A stretch of DNA of 64,000 bases from Macrostomum lignano (GCA_002269645.1 NIVC01001092.1:1-64000), one strand, 5' to 3'; shown: positions 23,340 through 37,070, numbered from the stretch's first letter. Notes: generated by a model not told the origin, from the letters alone. Made by a program: numbers and translations.

Positions 23340-23705
23340 ATTTCTTAAGAGTATACTCCAGCTAGTTTCTAAGAAAATCGATTGAGTCGTGTTTCTAAGA
23401 GTATGCTCCAGCTAGTTTCGAAGAAAATCGATTGAGCCGTGTTTCTAAGAGTACGAGCGTATACTCCAGCTAGTTTCTAAGAAAATCGATTGAGCCGTGT
23501 TTCTAAGAGTACGAGCGTATACTCCAGCTAGTTTCTAAGAAAATCGATTGAGCCGTGTTTCTAAGAGTATACTCCAGCTCGTTTCTAAGAAAATCGATTG
23601 AGCCGTGTTTCTAAGAGTATACTCCAGCTCGTTTCTAAGAAAATCGATTGAGCCGTGTTTCTAAGAGTATACTTCAGCTCGTTTCTAAGAAAATCGATTG
23701 AGCCG
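23340..23705. repeat. 50/58-bp minisatellite, ~7 copies
   Basis: GTTTCTAAGAAAATCGATTGAGCCGTGTTTCTAAGAGTATACTCCAGCT(A/C); period of 50 measured at 23531, 23581 and 23631. Confidence 0.9.
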
Positions 23706-24090
23706 TTTTTCGACATGAATATTTCAGTTTTCCGTGTTTATAAACTGAAAATATCTGTTGTGTATGCGGCTTGTACGCCGATTAGGGTTCTTGCGTTCTG
23801 ATTGGCTGGGGGGTTGTCCATAGTCGTCTATGGGTAAAATAACTCTCAAAACAGCCAATTAAAGCGTGATAATAAAGTGTGTGATAATAAAGTCTTTGCA
23901 TTGTTTTTCTGTTTGACGATCCTAAAAACAATGCATTGTTTGTAGTAATGGATTGTTCTGCATAAAAATGTGAATAATGATCGTCAAATTGCTAAACAAT
24001 GACCGCTTCCGGCACGCTGAAATAATGGCCGCCAGACTACGCTATGCTGAAACAATGGCCTCTATGTGTCTTATAGACAATGACGTTGCG

Positions 24091-24179
24091 TAGTAGGTAA
24101 GGGACTGAAATAATGGCCATAGACACTTGTGAGCTACGCGCACTCGTGTTTGGCCATTATTTCAGTCCCTTACCTACTA
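24091..24179. other. Perfect 29-bp inverted repeat (long hairpin) with a 31-nt spacer
   Basis: TAGTAGGTAAGGGACTGAAATAATGGCCA (24091-24119) is the exact reverse complement of 24151-24179. Confidence 0.9.
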
Positions 24180-25736
24180 TTCAATCTACCATTGCTTAGC
24201 GCGGTGAGTTACTATTAAGCAGGTCCGCCTCGCTATTGAGCCAAATCCAGCAGCAGCCTCATCCCCTCTCTCGTTGCGCCCATAGATTTGAATAAAAAGT
24301 GTGTAGACAAAAGCAGCAATGACTGGTAGGTAGGCTGCAGCTTCCCCACATGCATAGTTAATCTAACTATTATAGACTTAATCGGGGAGGGGGGCGGCTG
24401 CGATCCCACTGCAGTGCAGGAAATGTTTTCGCCCGGAAACTATAGTTGGGTCAAACAGCGAGCTCCCAGGCAGGAAACTAAGGGACTAAAAAGAGTCTTC
24501 TCAATTCAAACACTGAATTCTCTGAGTATATACTGTGTGATGAGGACCCAGGCAGCCTCCCCAGACTGAGGAAGCCAAGTCCAGGTTCGTGCTCAGAAAC
24601 AATTAGCAGCGCTGGTCATGGGCAGTGAGTACAAGAAGCATCTGTAGCAGCGCCTTATCTCCTAACTCTCTCTCAATTCCTCCCAGCTCAGGAAGCCGCG
24701 AGTAGCCTGGTGTAAGGGGAAATAAGAAATCGAAGTTTTTCTTCTCCACACGCACTCACCGCTACATATGCATGGAGCAGTACACAGGAGTCAGGCTGCC
24801 TTTCTGAAGCTCTTTGGAAGAAATTGATGACTTACTTAAGTAGATCGTAATCGTGTGGAAGCTAAAAACATAAAACCGTTTCTTTAAGCTAACTCAGACT
24901 GCAGACTAACTACTCAATCTATTCAGTAGCATGATGGGTATATTCCTTAAGCTATGACGGCAGTGAAATTGAGAAAATTTCAAGGCTATGGGGTCAAACT
25001 AAAACTCGATTTTTAAAACAGCCGCCAGAGAAAGAAGCAGAGTCAAAAATCGAATTCTAAATGGGGGGAGCAGCGAGGGAGGCAACCCTTCTTGTTCAAA
25101 GTATTTTATTATTGAAAGTGAAAGCGCAACGAAAAACAAGGGGATTTAATTGAGGGAAACAAGGAAGCTGAGAGTTGCGGGGCCTTTTGTTGCCACGAAT
25201 TCAACTAAATTTCACAAAGAAGCTTGGCTTTTTTGGCGGAGGCGCAGCGCTTGGCCGACAAACAAGTTAAATTCCAAACTGGCTCGGGTTATCGACTGAG
25301 TGCGTTTTGCAGATTTTAAAGCATAGTGAAATTCTCACAGAGAAAATGTTAAAGAAACAGCTATATAGGTATTTAGAGAAGACAGGTGACAGCGCGCAAA
25401 GTTGCTGGGCAAAGAGGGACCCAATACAATTTACCAACACTAGACTGTTGCTAAGAAAATCAATCAGACGGTTTGGGGGATTCAAAGAATAACAAGGGAC
25501 AGACGGGAGGACAATGAAGCGAAAGCGGCAAAATTAATTGTCTTGCTTAACTTTTTGCAGAAAACTCAAACGCTCAAACAAAGAACTAGCGTACGGAGAT
25601 ACCAAAAAGCAAATCTAGACCGGTTGTGCCCGCTCGAGTGTTCGGCTTCCTTTTTAAACTGCATTGTTTAGGGACACTGAATTAATTGTCCACTTCTTTC
25701 TACCTTGTCGCTGTAATGAGCGACTCGATTTTGTCT

Positions 25737-27104
25737 TCAGTTGAGCACAGTGGGAGCGGCCTGGCCGGGGCTCGTCAGCATCGCCAGTCCCGCCTTGCCT
25801 CCGTTGGTTGAGGTGCCACCGGCCGCGGCAGCTGCGGCAGCGGCGGCAGCAGCGGCGGCTGCAGCAGCGGCCGACGCTGGCTTCGGGCTGCCACCTCCAC
25901 CGGACGACTTGAAAGACACCTGCAGGGTCCGGTTGCCCACTGTGTAGCCGTTGAGCGATTGAATGGCCAGCAGGGCCTCTTCGTAGTTGCTCATGGTGAC
26001 AAAGCCGAAGCCGCGGCACTTGCTGGTGCTGGGATCGCGGATCACCTTCACCGTCTGGACCGCGCCGAACGGACCAAACAGCTCCCAGAGGATGCGGTCC
26101 TCGGTCTCCGGCGCCAGGTTATAGACGAAAATGCACCAACCGCCGCTGGGCGTCATTCCGCCGTTTTGAGCCACCACAGTCTGCGCCAGCAGGGCATGGT
26201 TTTGAATGCCTCCCGTGTTCGACATCAGGTCGCCAATGTTGTTCATGCCGCTGTTCATGTGGTGGCCCTGGTACGACTTGATGTAGTTGCGGGACAGAGC
26301 GGCCAGTTGCTGGATCGGGCTGGAGATTTTGGCGGCCGCTGCAGCAGCCGGTGACGGAATGTTGCACTGCTTGAGGAAGCTGTTCACCAGGCTGCTGCCC
26401 TCCTGCCTGGCAGCGCTGGGACTGTTAGCAAACTTCACCGTGATGGCCTCGCCGCCTTCTTCCGGCTCGAAACCGTTCAACCGTTTGATGGCGTCCTCTG
26501 CCTCGCTGCGCTGGTCGAACCGGATGAATGCGACGCCGCGCGACAGGCCGGTCTTGTTGTCGTACAGAATGCGCAGCGTGATGATCTTGCCGCACTGGTT
26601 GAACAGCCGCTCCAGCTCGTCCTGAGTCATCTTCTTGGGCAGGCCGCAGATGTACAGGTTGGCCCCCTTGATCGCTTCGGAGCTGGGACGGGCGAGAGAC
26701 ACCTTGATCGTCTTATTCTGCAGTCTCAGACCGTTCAACGTCTTGATGGCCTTGTCGGCCTCCTTGGGCTGCATGTACTTGACGAAGGCGTAGCCAAGGC
26801 TCTCTCCCGTGGTACGATCGCGCACCAGCTTGCAGCTTTCAACCTCGCCGATGCTAGTGAAGAGGGCGCGCACGTCCTCCTGCGACATGGCCGGCGGCAG
26901 ATAGTTGACGATTAGGTTGGTGCGGTTCTCTGCGGATGCGTGGTACGACGAGGCGATAGCGTTATCTTGGGACTCGTCAGATCCAGCTGGGGAGATCTTC
27001 CCAACCGGATCCCCGGCTCCTGGCAAGCAGTTCAACCTACCGCTGTCGGTGATGCCGCAGGAAGAGTTATTCGTGTCCTTTCCCAGCATATCGCTCGACG
27101 TCAT
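25737..27104 (-). CDS. ELAVL: ELAV/Hu family RNA-binding protein (3 RRMs), intronless CDS, 455 aa
   Basis: RRM1 TNLIVNYLP...[12 protein letters not shown]2 ANLYICGLP...[10 protein letters not shown], hinge, RRM3 [10 protein letters not shown]...[10 protein letters not shown]...LQVSFK; all match Hu/ELAV proteins. Confidence 0.97.
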   Translation of the reverse strand: MTSSDMLGKDTNNSSCGITDSGRLNCLPGAGDPVGKISPAGSDESQDNAIASSYHASAENRTNLIVNYLPPAMSQEDVRALFTSIGEVESCKLVRDRTTGESLGYAFVKYMQPKEADKAIKTLNGLRLQNKTIKVSLARPSSEAIKGANLYICGLPKKMTQDELERLFNQCGKIITLRILYDNKTGLSRGVAFIRFDQRSEAEDAIKRLNGFEPEEGGEAITVKFANSPSAARQEGSSLVNSFLKQCNIPSPAAAAAAKISSPIQQLAALSRNYIKSYQGHHMNSGMNNIGDLMSNTGGIQNHALLAQTVVAQNGGMTPSGGWCIFVYNLAPETEDRILWELFGPFGAVQTVKVIRDPSTSKCRGFGFVTMSNYEEALLAIQSLNGYTVGNRTLQVSFKSSGGGGSPKPASAAAAAAAAAAAAAAAAAGGTSTNGGKAGLAMLTSPGQAAPTVLN

Positions 27105-27691
27105 GCCTGGCAGTTCGGTTCAGTTTGGTTGCCAACGGTGATGTGCGCGGCCCAAGTGTAGAAAAAATGACGCGAATATTAGAAAGTGCAGCGGCCAAGC
27201 AGAGACTTTTAAAAGCTTGCTACAGCTTGAGAGAAGAAGTCGCTCAATAAGCCTAGAGCCTACTGTACTAGAGCGTAGCTTATTCCATAAACTGAAGGCT
27301 TGGCTGTTGTGTTGTCTATGGCCGAGAGCGGCTAGCAGGCTAGCAGCTGCCCAGCGCTGTGGCATCTTGATCCGATTTGTACTAATAGAGCTTTTTTATT
27401 ATGTTGGCTGAAGCTTTGAAACTAAAAGGCAAATGTGCAGTGAATTTTTCATATTCTCCCAGCAGTTGATTATATGTTCTTATTTTTCACTTTTTCGTTA
27501 TTTTTCTACACTTACTAACTGAGATGCGCTGACAGCATGCCATAAATCAAATCAGAGGTAGTAAAATACATGTAATCATGTAGCTCTTAAACTCGGAGCC
27601 AATCAAATTCGAGAAAGAAATATATATTTAAGGTTTGAAATCTAAGAGATTAAGAAATTTCCAAAGGGAGCATATCAAACGGGACATAACC

Positions 27692-29363
27692 ATGAATTCC
27701 CAGCGTCATAATGCCAGTAACAACAGCATTGCGCTTCCTTCCATCACCCCGCAGCTGGAGAACGACATCAATAGGCGGGTACTGCAGAGCCTGCTCTCCT
27801 TGAGCTGCCTTTCCGGGCTCCTGCTGCTCTACTGCCTGTACTCGCTGAGCCGCGAACAGTTCCAGCGGTACCGCCTCGGCTGCGTGCTGCTGATTCGCTG
27901 GAACTGCATCGCCGACCTCGTCTGCCTGGTGAGCCGGGCCGCGTTCGCCCAGGCGTACAGGTTCGTCGACCCCCTTCTGGTCGGGCACAAACCAGCTAGC
28001 TGGTTGTGCAAGTTCTACCACTTCTTTGAAGGACTCACCGCCTGCTGCCAGGTGTGGCTGCTGGCTCTGCTGGCGATGGAACGGGCCGCTATAAGCGTTA
28101 ATCCGCGCTTCGGCCTACGCTGGTTCAGCCGTCTGAACTTGCGCATCGGCTGCGTGCTGGCCGGCTTGATGGCGGTGGCCGCCTACCACAACTACGTGTG
28201 GATGTTCAGCATCATCGAGTTAGTGGAGCTCCGGGCCGTTGTGAACCACAGCGCCGACAGTTCCAAGTGGACACTTATCTACGTGTGCGGCGTGTCCTCT
28301 GGCTTTCATGACGTTTACCAGGTCAGCCAATTTTTTGACGTTACACAGCCGCACATTCCAGTTATTTTCTCACGCCTTCCCTGTTTTCCAAAACGTGATT
28401 TTTTCTTAGGCTTCTGTGTCTGTATCGACTCAGATACCATGGTATATGGCTTATCTATTGAAACCAGGATACTTGCTACAAGTGAAAAGCACTTGGGAGT
28501 TTCTGAATCAGTCAATCACACCAAGGACTGATAATACGAAAAATATCCAATAGAAAACTCATTGGAGATTTTAGCTAGATAAGTTCACATTTTAGGGGGG
28601 GGGCAAGTAGTCGGGAAGCGTCCGCAAACCGGAGCGCGAACCCACGGTAACTTGATGCCAGAATCAGATCAGACTCAAAGCTACTCTCGGCCTACCTTGC
28701 CACGCACAGGTGATCATGGGACTGGAAATCTTCTGCAACACGTTCTCGGCCGGCCTGATCTCCGCCTGCTGCACCGCCGTTGTCGCCTACCGCCTCGTTC
28801 GCGGTTGCAACGGCGGCGGCACCGGCGCCGGCACCGGCGCCCTGACGAATCGAAACGGCAACCAGCGGCTGAGTCGGCTGTCCTGCTCGGCCAGGTGGCT
28901 CCGGTCGGCCGATCTAGACGAATTCAACCTGCAGGTGAAGCTGCTGCAGCTCTGCTTGGCCGTCTTCTGCTATCCGCCTCTGATGGTCACCGGCCTGGTG
29001 AGGACTTACTCGTTTTGCACTCGCTCGGAGCTGTCGCAGGCGCTGCATTTCTACCTGGAAATGATGATCCAGCCGATGAAAAACATCCTAAGCTCGGTGG
29101 CTTTCACGGCTTTTATAGTCGGCCATCGGCTTTGGCTCAGCCGCAGAGTCGGCAAGCCACGCAGGCGTGTCTGCAGGGGCGGCAGAGGTCCAGGTTCGAG
29201 ACCCAGACCAGCCGTCTACAACCCAGAGGATGAAGCCCTCGCTATGGAGGCTTTCAACGTGGCGGAAGATTTCGCTAACATCGATGACGATCAATCCTCG
29301 GCTGCCGTAGGGAGCAACAGTTTGGCGGTGACGGTCGTGATTCATCGCGTCACGCAGGTCTGA
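27692..29363 (+). CDS. Divergent class A (rhodopsin-like) GPCR, two exons: 27692-28321 and 28710-29363
   Basis: Seven hydrophobic segments. TM2 CIAD (LAxAD-like); TM3 LCKFYHF...LLAMER (conserved Cys plus an E/DRY-like motif); TM6 FCYPP. Phase-0 intron CAG|GTCAGC...CACAG|GTG. Confidence 0.8.
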
Positions 29364-29419
29364 GTTGACGACGGATGGTGCACGACAGCACTGCGCCAGA
29401 GCAACCACGCCACAAACAA

Positions 29420-29962
29420 CACTTCAACAGCACCATCAACAGCACTACGACAGCGCTATCAACAGCACTACGGCAGCGCTATCAACAGCACATCAACAGC
29501 GCTATCAACAGCACTACAACAGCGCTATCAACAGCACTACAACAGCGCCATCAACAGCACTATAACAGCGCTATCAACAGCACTACGACAGCGCCATCAA
29601 CAGCACTACAACAGCGCTATCAACAGCACTACAACAGCGCTATCAACAGCACTACAACAGCGCTATCAACAGCACTACAACAGCGCTATCAACAGCACTA
29701 CAACAGCGCCATTAACAGCACTACAACAACGCCATCAACAGCACTACAACAGCGCCATCAACAGCACTACAACAGCGCTATCAACAGCACTACAACAGCG
29801 CTATCAACAGCACTACAACAGCGCCATCAACAGCACTACAACAGCGCTATCAACAGCACTACAACAGCGCTATCAACAGCACTACAACAGCGCTATCAAC
29901 AGCACTACAACAGCGCTATCAACAGCACTACAACAGCGCCATCAACAGCACTACAACAGCGC
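29420..29962. repeat. 23-bp CAA/CAG-rich minisatellite just after the GPCR stop codon
   Basis: Unit ACAACAGCGC(T/C)ATCAACAGCACT. Confidence 0.95.
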
Positions 29963-30826
29963 CGCAGAACCAGACAGCAAAAATTACCCTCGACCCTCCT
30001 AATTACCGAATTAAGAACCGGCTCATGCATATACTCATCTTCAAGTAGACAAACAGAAGTTTGTTGTGGTTCAGCAATATGATATATAAATTTATCGACC
30101 TGTTGTGATCGATCGTTGTTTTCGTCTGTAAAATGCGATATCTAATCGGATCCTGGCTTTAAAAAAAATCTTAAAAACTGCGGCACAAAATAATGTTAAT
30201 TACCTAGGGTTTTTGTTTGCCTGTTTTGTTTGTCATCTTTTTGCATTTCACAGTGGCCATTTGTTTTATTGTTTTTATGACTCTGGCAAAAATATAAATT
30301 ATTGACTACCCACTGTGTCCTAAAATTACACCAGTTTTCTAGTAGTTTCGTCAGTAGCGTTTTATGTCAGGAATTCCTGGTCATTGGTTATTAGGGGAGA
30401 AAACTCCCAGCATGCAAGCACTGGAAGGACCGTGTATTTGTCGTATCGCCCGTGCATTTGGTAAGCTCTTGATGATGACGTTTCACCAGGGACAAAATCG
30501 ATAGAGAAAATGTCTTTACACCATACTGAATGCACTGGCTGCACTATCAGCCTCCAAGCTGGTTTCTAAGAAAATCGATTTGATCAATTCGATTTGGATG
30601 ATTAACAAAACTGAACTGGTAAATACGTCAATATCGGATCGATTTCTGTTAAATGTTTCTATACATTTAATTAGCGCTTTCCGTAACTCGAGTTCGCAGC
30701 TTTCCGTAGTTTTAAATCTGTTTTACGTCGTAAAAACTTCAATTTGTTTAACTAACTCCTCCCTAACTGAGATCTGTGTTGTATAAAGGTATTTCGTGAA
30801 ATATATATTTGTGCTTCGATTCAAAG

Positions 30827-31314
<488 letters not shown>

Positions 31315-32122
31315 ATAGAAATCTGATCGAACTTAGTTATCATCGTATTCAGCACACCTTATCATTTCTTGCGAATTTTTGTCAATGAGAAAAATATTTC
31401 TTCGCTGCGTTGGCGATGGATGGGCTTCTGACGGATTTAAAGACTTTAATCAAGAATTAACACGAATGCGAGCTCCAGTAAATCCTTGTTCCTTAGTTGA
31501 CAGACAGCCTACATGTATATAATTGCTACAGACAGCAGGTTATTACAAGGCCGTTCGATCGAATCAAAAATCCGATTCTGCAATAAACTCTATAGCTAGA
31601 GCGATATCGAGAGTTCAATTTCAAGCTGGCAATACACCTTCCACGAGGTGATCGGGGCACCCGGCCTGTTAAACATACCTCATGCGCTTCATCAGCCATG
31701 GCCAGCAGCTGAGCCAACTGCTCCCGCCTTTGTCCCCGCTACAGTCTCGGGAGTCTGCCTGCAACTTGGCACATCCAATGGTCGTCCACGCGACAATCCA
31801 CCGTCCGTGGCAGCACAGATGGGCCAGCATCTCAAGTTTGCCCACCAGAAACTCAATGATTCAATCCGCTGCAGTTCAATTGGAACAGGTAGGATTTTGC
31901 GTCCTGCCTGCACCTGCTCACGTTAGAAGCACGGTTTTTCTGGGCCCAGGCTGCTGCGGTCTACAGCCCAGCCGAGGCAATGACCATGCCCTTAGGCCCG
32001 CAGATGCGGGCGAGAGAAAAGTTAAGCCATGGCGCCTACACTGTCTCTCCTTTTATTTAAAACACTGCAGAACAGGCGCGTGGGAACGGAAACTCTTATA
32101 AGCTACATAGAACAAATGCGAA

Positions 32123-32839
32123 TTACGCAGCTAGTTTTAGGTGCAGCCGTCCTTCGCAAATATGACTGCATTTTATGCAGCTCATATCCCTCCGTGGTTG
32201 AAAAAACTTCGACACCTCGAAGTATGGTTTAAAGTTGAACCGTGCTTGAGAATACCAGCCATGAGTAAAGTAATGTTGGACTCCTCCAGCCAGGTCGCTA
32301 CCATTCCTCAGTTCGCGCTGCCATAAGGGGTCAGCCTCGAAGTCCTCCACCTCGGAGACGGGCATGCAGTCCTCGTGAGGTATCTTAAGTAGCTTGACTG
32401 GCATGTCCATTGCATGCATAGATCGTGCTCCGGTCTTCCTGCCGGATGCACCGCAGATTTCCCTCACAGTCTTCTTGCTGTGGGGAGGCGACTCTTGGCC
32501 TTTGGGCCGAAACACTGCTCCGCTTTTGAGACGCATCGCCTCTCAGGGCAGGAAAATTGATCTGCATGCCGGCTGCCGAGACAGTGACGCCGGGGCTGAC
32601 TCTCTTCTTGTTGATCCATCCGAACGGCTGTTGAACACGCGTCAGTTGGGGCGGCGGCTGCACCGTGGTGGCAGTTGAACTGAACCACCGTTGTGACCTA
32701 ATGCCGTCAAGCACGCCAACGACGCAAGATGTCTTCTGGTCGCCGGATCTCGATTTGCTGATGTTGTGCTGTCCTTTAACCGGCTTCTATTCAACCCTCT
32801 GTTATCCTTCGTGACAGGAACTTCGTCTAGCAGTCTCAC
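32123..32839 (-). pseudogene. Unassigned coding-like, Cys/His-rich fragment spread over shifted frames
   Basis: GC-balanced island with overlapping minus-strand ORFs (32839-32642, 32688-32464, 32536-32123) that read like one frameshifted protein. No family recognised. Confidence 0.25.
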
Positions 32840-34140
32840 GCGGTCAGGGAACCATTGAACAGGTAATATTAGCCTAAAGAGAAAGAAAAATGGTTGAATA
32901 GGTTAGTCTCGAGCTTTCCTGAGTCGATCCCGACCGAACCATGCAATGCGCTCACTAAAGGGGTAGATTTGGCTCGCGCGCAATATGCCTTACCACCTAG
33001 TTTGTGGTCACCTTGTGTGCCACTTTCGGAAGTACCTCTTTAATATAAAGTTTCTGTGGCCAAAATATTAAACAAATTTTATTTATTTAAACAAATTTTA
33101 TTGACTGGCGCTGAAAAATGTGACTTCAAGAGTCAACTGGCCACTGTCCCACTAAATTAATGACATGCATGTCCAAATTATAAATAATTCAATAATATAC
33201 CTAGGTGCTGTGTCAGCTTTTGCTGAATTATGCGCCAGACATACATGTAATAATTGGGCAGCTATCAAGACTATCCTGGCAAAGTCCCCTAAATAACCTT
33301 TTTAGCGTGGTCGCCAAATATACGGGTCTAGCCGGCCGCTAACTAGAACCTTAAATATGAGTAATAATAACTCAAACGAGGTAGAATACGCTTAGATGGT
33401 ATAGTTTCCGATTAAGCATATAATTATATTTATTAACTGTGTTTTTAACGTTTGTATAAATAAGTAAGCTACAAGCAGGGAGAAAAAGTCTGAGACACAA
33501 CGGTATAACTAAGCTACTTGAATGCTCTTATTAATCTATTATATATATATAAATATATAAATATATAAATATCTTACGCCTATCTACTTGGTCTGAGACC
33601 AAAAAGCCAATATATATTCATAAATCCATAGTAATGGCAGTGCTCAGTCTTACCCTCCGTTCACAGCTGGTTTCTGCAGAAGCGGTCGGCACGATTTACA
33701 AACTAGTTTAAGCAATTCAGAAGTTAGTAGAGAAAGTGAAAAGAGTAAAGATTAGACATTTTAGCCCTCGCTTATTTATAATGGTAAATTCCCCGATGAA
33801 GTCCCTGTGAAACTGTCTGCGTTATCACTTCCCACGTCTCCAGATATCGTCGCAATTACATTCCGGCCGATTGTCACGGTCTCCCTGTCTCGTGCGACTT
33901 CTGAAATGTCTGTTTAAAAATGTAATTGAACCCCACCCCACATAAAGGTTACACTTAGGTTATACTATGAAAGAGATCTGTCAAATGGTTCATGCCCCAT
34001 CACAAATTTGAGGACGCCTATCTTCGACAAGAGAAAGCCTATCATAGTAACAAAACTAAGTTAAAAATGAATGAAAGAAGAATATTTATTTAGTGGGTTT
34101 TATAAAGATTAATAATATGAGAGACCACAGAGCTTTCTTA

Positions 34141-34523
34141 ACGTATCTGTTTCCCCATAGATATTCGTATTGATATTCAATTTCTAACAAATGCAACAAA
34201 ATAAACCTACTTGTACAGCTCGGATTTGCATGAAAATTTACAGAAAAATTATTACACACAAAACAAACACCTCTGTGAAACTTCAAGTCCATCAGACCAC
34301 GCAAAGCGGAATGGCAAGAGTTTTAAAGGTGCTCGTATTTATAATGCATTGTATATGCGCACAGTGTATAACATGTATGCTCATTTGCAATACTTGTACA
34401 GCTCGGATTTGCATGAAAATTTACAGAAAAATTATTACACACAAAACAAACATCTTTGTGAAACTTCAAGTCCATCAGACCACGCAAAGCGGAATGGCAA
34501 GAGTTTTTTTAAGGTGCTCGTAT
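34141..34523 (+). repeat. Left terminal inverted repeat (~70 bp terminal segment plus ~1.7 x 183-bp units)
   Basis: TGTACAGCTCGG at 34212 and 34395 (period 183); reverse complement of 42060-43009. Confidence 0.9.
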
Positions 34524-36194
34524 ATCGTATATTTATATGATGCACATATAGCTTGCTAGCTCGTAAGCGCGATGCAACGCGAAGTGCAATACCTGCATAT
34601 AGGCCCGTATATTATACATGTTACATGTACCCAGCTCATGCATGCGTGACTGCGAATTATGTCGGCACTGTTTTGGTGAGTATTCCACTCACGTTGCAAA
34701 TGTAAAATTCAATTAGCAGAATGTAATTTTCATTGCTATTAATGCAAATAGCTATTGTCCACAAACATTTCTGTTGTTAACCCTATACCAATTCAGTCTC
34801 TGATCGTAGCTGCGTAATAAGTCATAAGTCTGAATTACTAACGCGAGCCAAATATTGCATGTACATGTATAAGCCAGCCCTGTGAAGCGCAGGTGCCAAT
34901 TGTAGACTCCTCTTGGCTTGGCACGCAAGCCTAGCACAAAAATAACGCAACATTTGGCCTAATTTCTACACCACTCTATGCAACCGTTGGGATATGCAGC
35001 TTGGGTTAAAAATACAAACTTGTTTCGAAATTTTCAAAGTGCCAGTCGCTGAGAACTTTTGATGTATTTAGTATTACATGTTACGTACATGTGCATTTAT
35101 GTATATGCACGCGTGGTACTTCTAATAACATCAATAAAAGCGTGGAAAGTTTTGATGAAATGCATGTAACCAATAAAAAGGTTATAACAGGAATTTAAAT
35201 TACAACAAAGATGAATACTTAAATAGATTTACATACAAAATGTACTGAACAGTTCGGCTCATAATCGCTCTATACCAACCATTAGATCGAGCATGTGTTC
35301 CCTAATAATATTACTCTTAGTAGTCATCACGCTGTTGTCAAGCTCTCGATTAAATCGGAGCCACAAAGATCCACTGTGGCGAGAGGTCCTACTTTTAGTG
35401 TAGAAGAGGCCCGATTGAAAACCCTGAGAAGTCCCATGAAAGTTGCAAACTGAACTATTTAAATGAGCGCTGCTCCACTCTCTGAAAGAATATCGAACAC
35501 CTGCATGGGCCGCGGTTAGAGCCCCCTGTTTTGTTCGAGTGGGAATGGTTGTTCGCCTGTTCATGTCCATGTCGGTCGATCCCCAATTCGAGTGGTCCTT
35601 AGCATAAATTGATTATATTGCATTCCATGGCTCGTAATCGAACATCTGCATAGGGGGATGAAAAAAGCGGGCGAACAAACAAAAACAACGGGATGGGAGG
35701 GCGGCCATACATATTTTTCTAGTCAGAAAATTAGCAGCAAAAAGCAGCAGCCTCACGACCCTTCTGTACATGGAAGATTGGCCGTCGCGACTGCCACAGG
35801 TGCACTCAGAACCAGATCTAGAGAACCTCTTGCTCCAAAAATAAGGAACTGGAGAGATCCATTTACGAGTAATGGCGACATTCACGTACATGTACAGTTG
35901 TGTAAAAATCAAGTAACTAATGCGAAAACATGTCTTTGCACGTTGCGCAACAAAAACCTGGATCGGTCGACCCTTCGACGCATTCTGTGTGATACCAACG
36001 AAGACAGGAGGGACATTCAATCTAGAAATGAAGGGGTGAGCGAAAATTAACCGCATTATGCTGTAAGCACAACTCGACTGCATATTCGATCGACTGCATC
36101 TTAAGCTGGAGTTCAATCTGTATGACTGCTTTAAGCAATCTGCTTGGCAAAAGTGAAATTCGTAGTTAAAAAAATAAAAAAAGAAAAATTACTC

Positions 36195-37070
36195 TTATTT
36201 TACCCAATTTATGCGACGACTAACGCCCGAAGCGTCAGGTTCTGTGTTGCTACAGGCTGAGCACTCTTCCTGCGTTCCTCCATAGCTGTAGGCCTGGATC
36301 ACATTCCAGATATACTGTCTGTATCTTCCGAGAGCCGTCGGATTGTTCTTGAACCGGAGACCAGAACCAAGAGCTAATGCCCTAGCGTACAGGCATACAA
36401 ACACTCCGCAACTATGACCATCAGATTGCATTGTTCTCGACATTGTGGCCAGCTCATATGGCTTCGATGTGCTGCTGGTGAATACCGGAGCGCTTTGGTC
36501 AACAAATGCCATTATTCCATCGGAAGCCAATATGCGGCTAGAAAGTTAACAGAAATTTTACAGATTTGCCACATCAGTACTTAAGTTCACTTTTATTTAT
36601 TCTCTGGACATGTACACAAACTATTGTACTCACTTCCATTTGCGAATTAGAACATGAAACTCTTGCTTCTCTTGCGCATTACGCCGAATCGAATCCAGCA
36701 CAAAGACCTTTCGTTCAACGCCGCAAATAACGATCAAGTAAAAATGCCCGCTGTTTAAAATAGGCACAATTATTTGATTCAGGCCCTGCAACATCAAGAG
36801 AGCAAATAATTTTATACCTCAAATTGGTGCATGCGTAAGATTTTCATTGAGAATTCACTACAAGTGTACAAATTTATTTTGCATCAAAAACGACATTATT
36901 GTTTCATTAACAGAACTTGCCTTCCATCCGAGAGTTCTTCTCAGCAAGTTCTGGACTCCATCGTTGAACTCATCTCCTGATAGATTCAATATGTAGTAAA
37001 AGTCGCCCTCACTTATTACAATCCTTTGGGCGTTGTTCGATGTGATAGCAGTGCAATAGGCCAATAAAAT
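36195..37070 (-). CDS. Ulp1/SENP-like (peptidase C48) cysteine protease exons, probably the spliced C-terminus of the transposase
   Basis: Exon 36785-36634 reads GLNQIIVPILNSGHFYLIVICGVERKVFVLDS (catalytic His and Asp). A phase-2 intron leads to an exon from 36537 with QSDGHSCGVFVC (oxyanion Gln and catalytic Cys). An exon starting at 37070 (ILLAYCTAIT) follows the transposase donor at 37213. One junction near 36950-36860 is unresolved. Confidence 0.75.

Noticed and set aside
29375-30082. 235-aa Gln/Ser/Thr-rich ORF
   Set aside because: Arises from the 23-bp repeat cycling through frames after the GPCR stop; no independent coding evidence.
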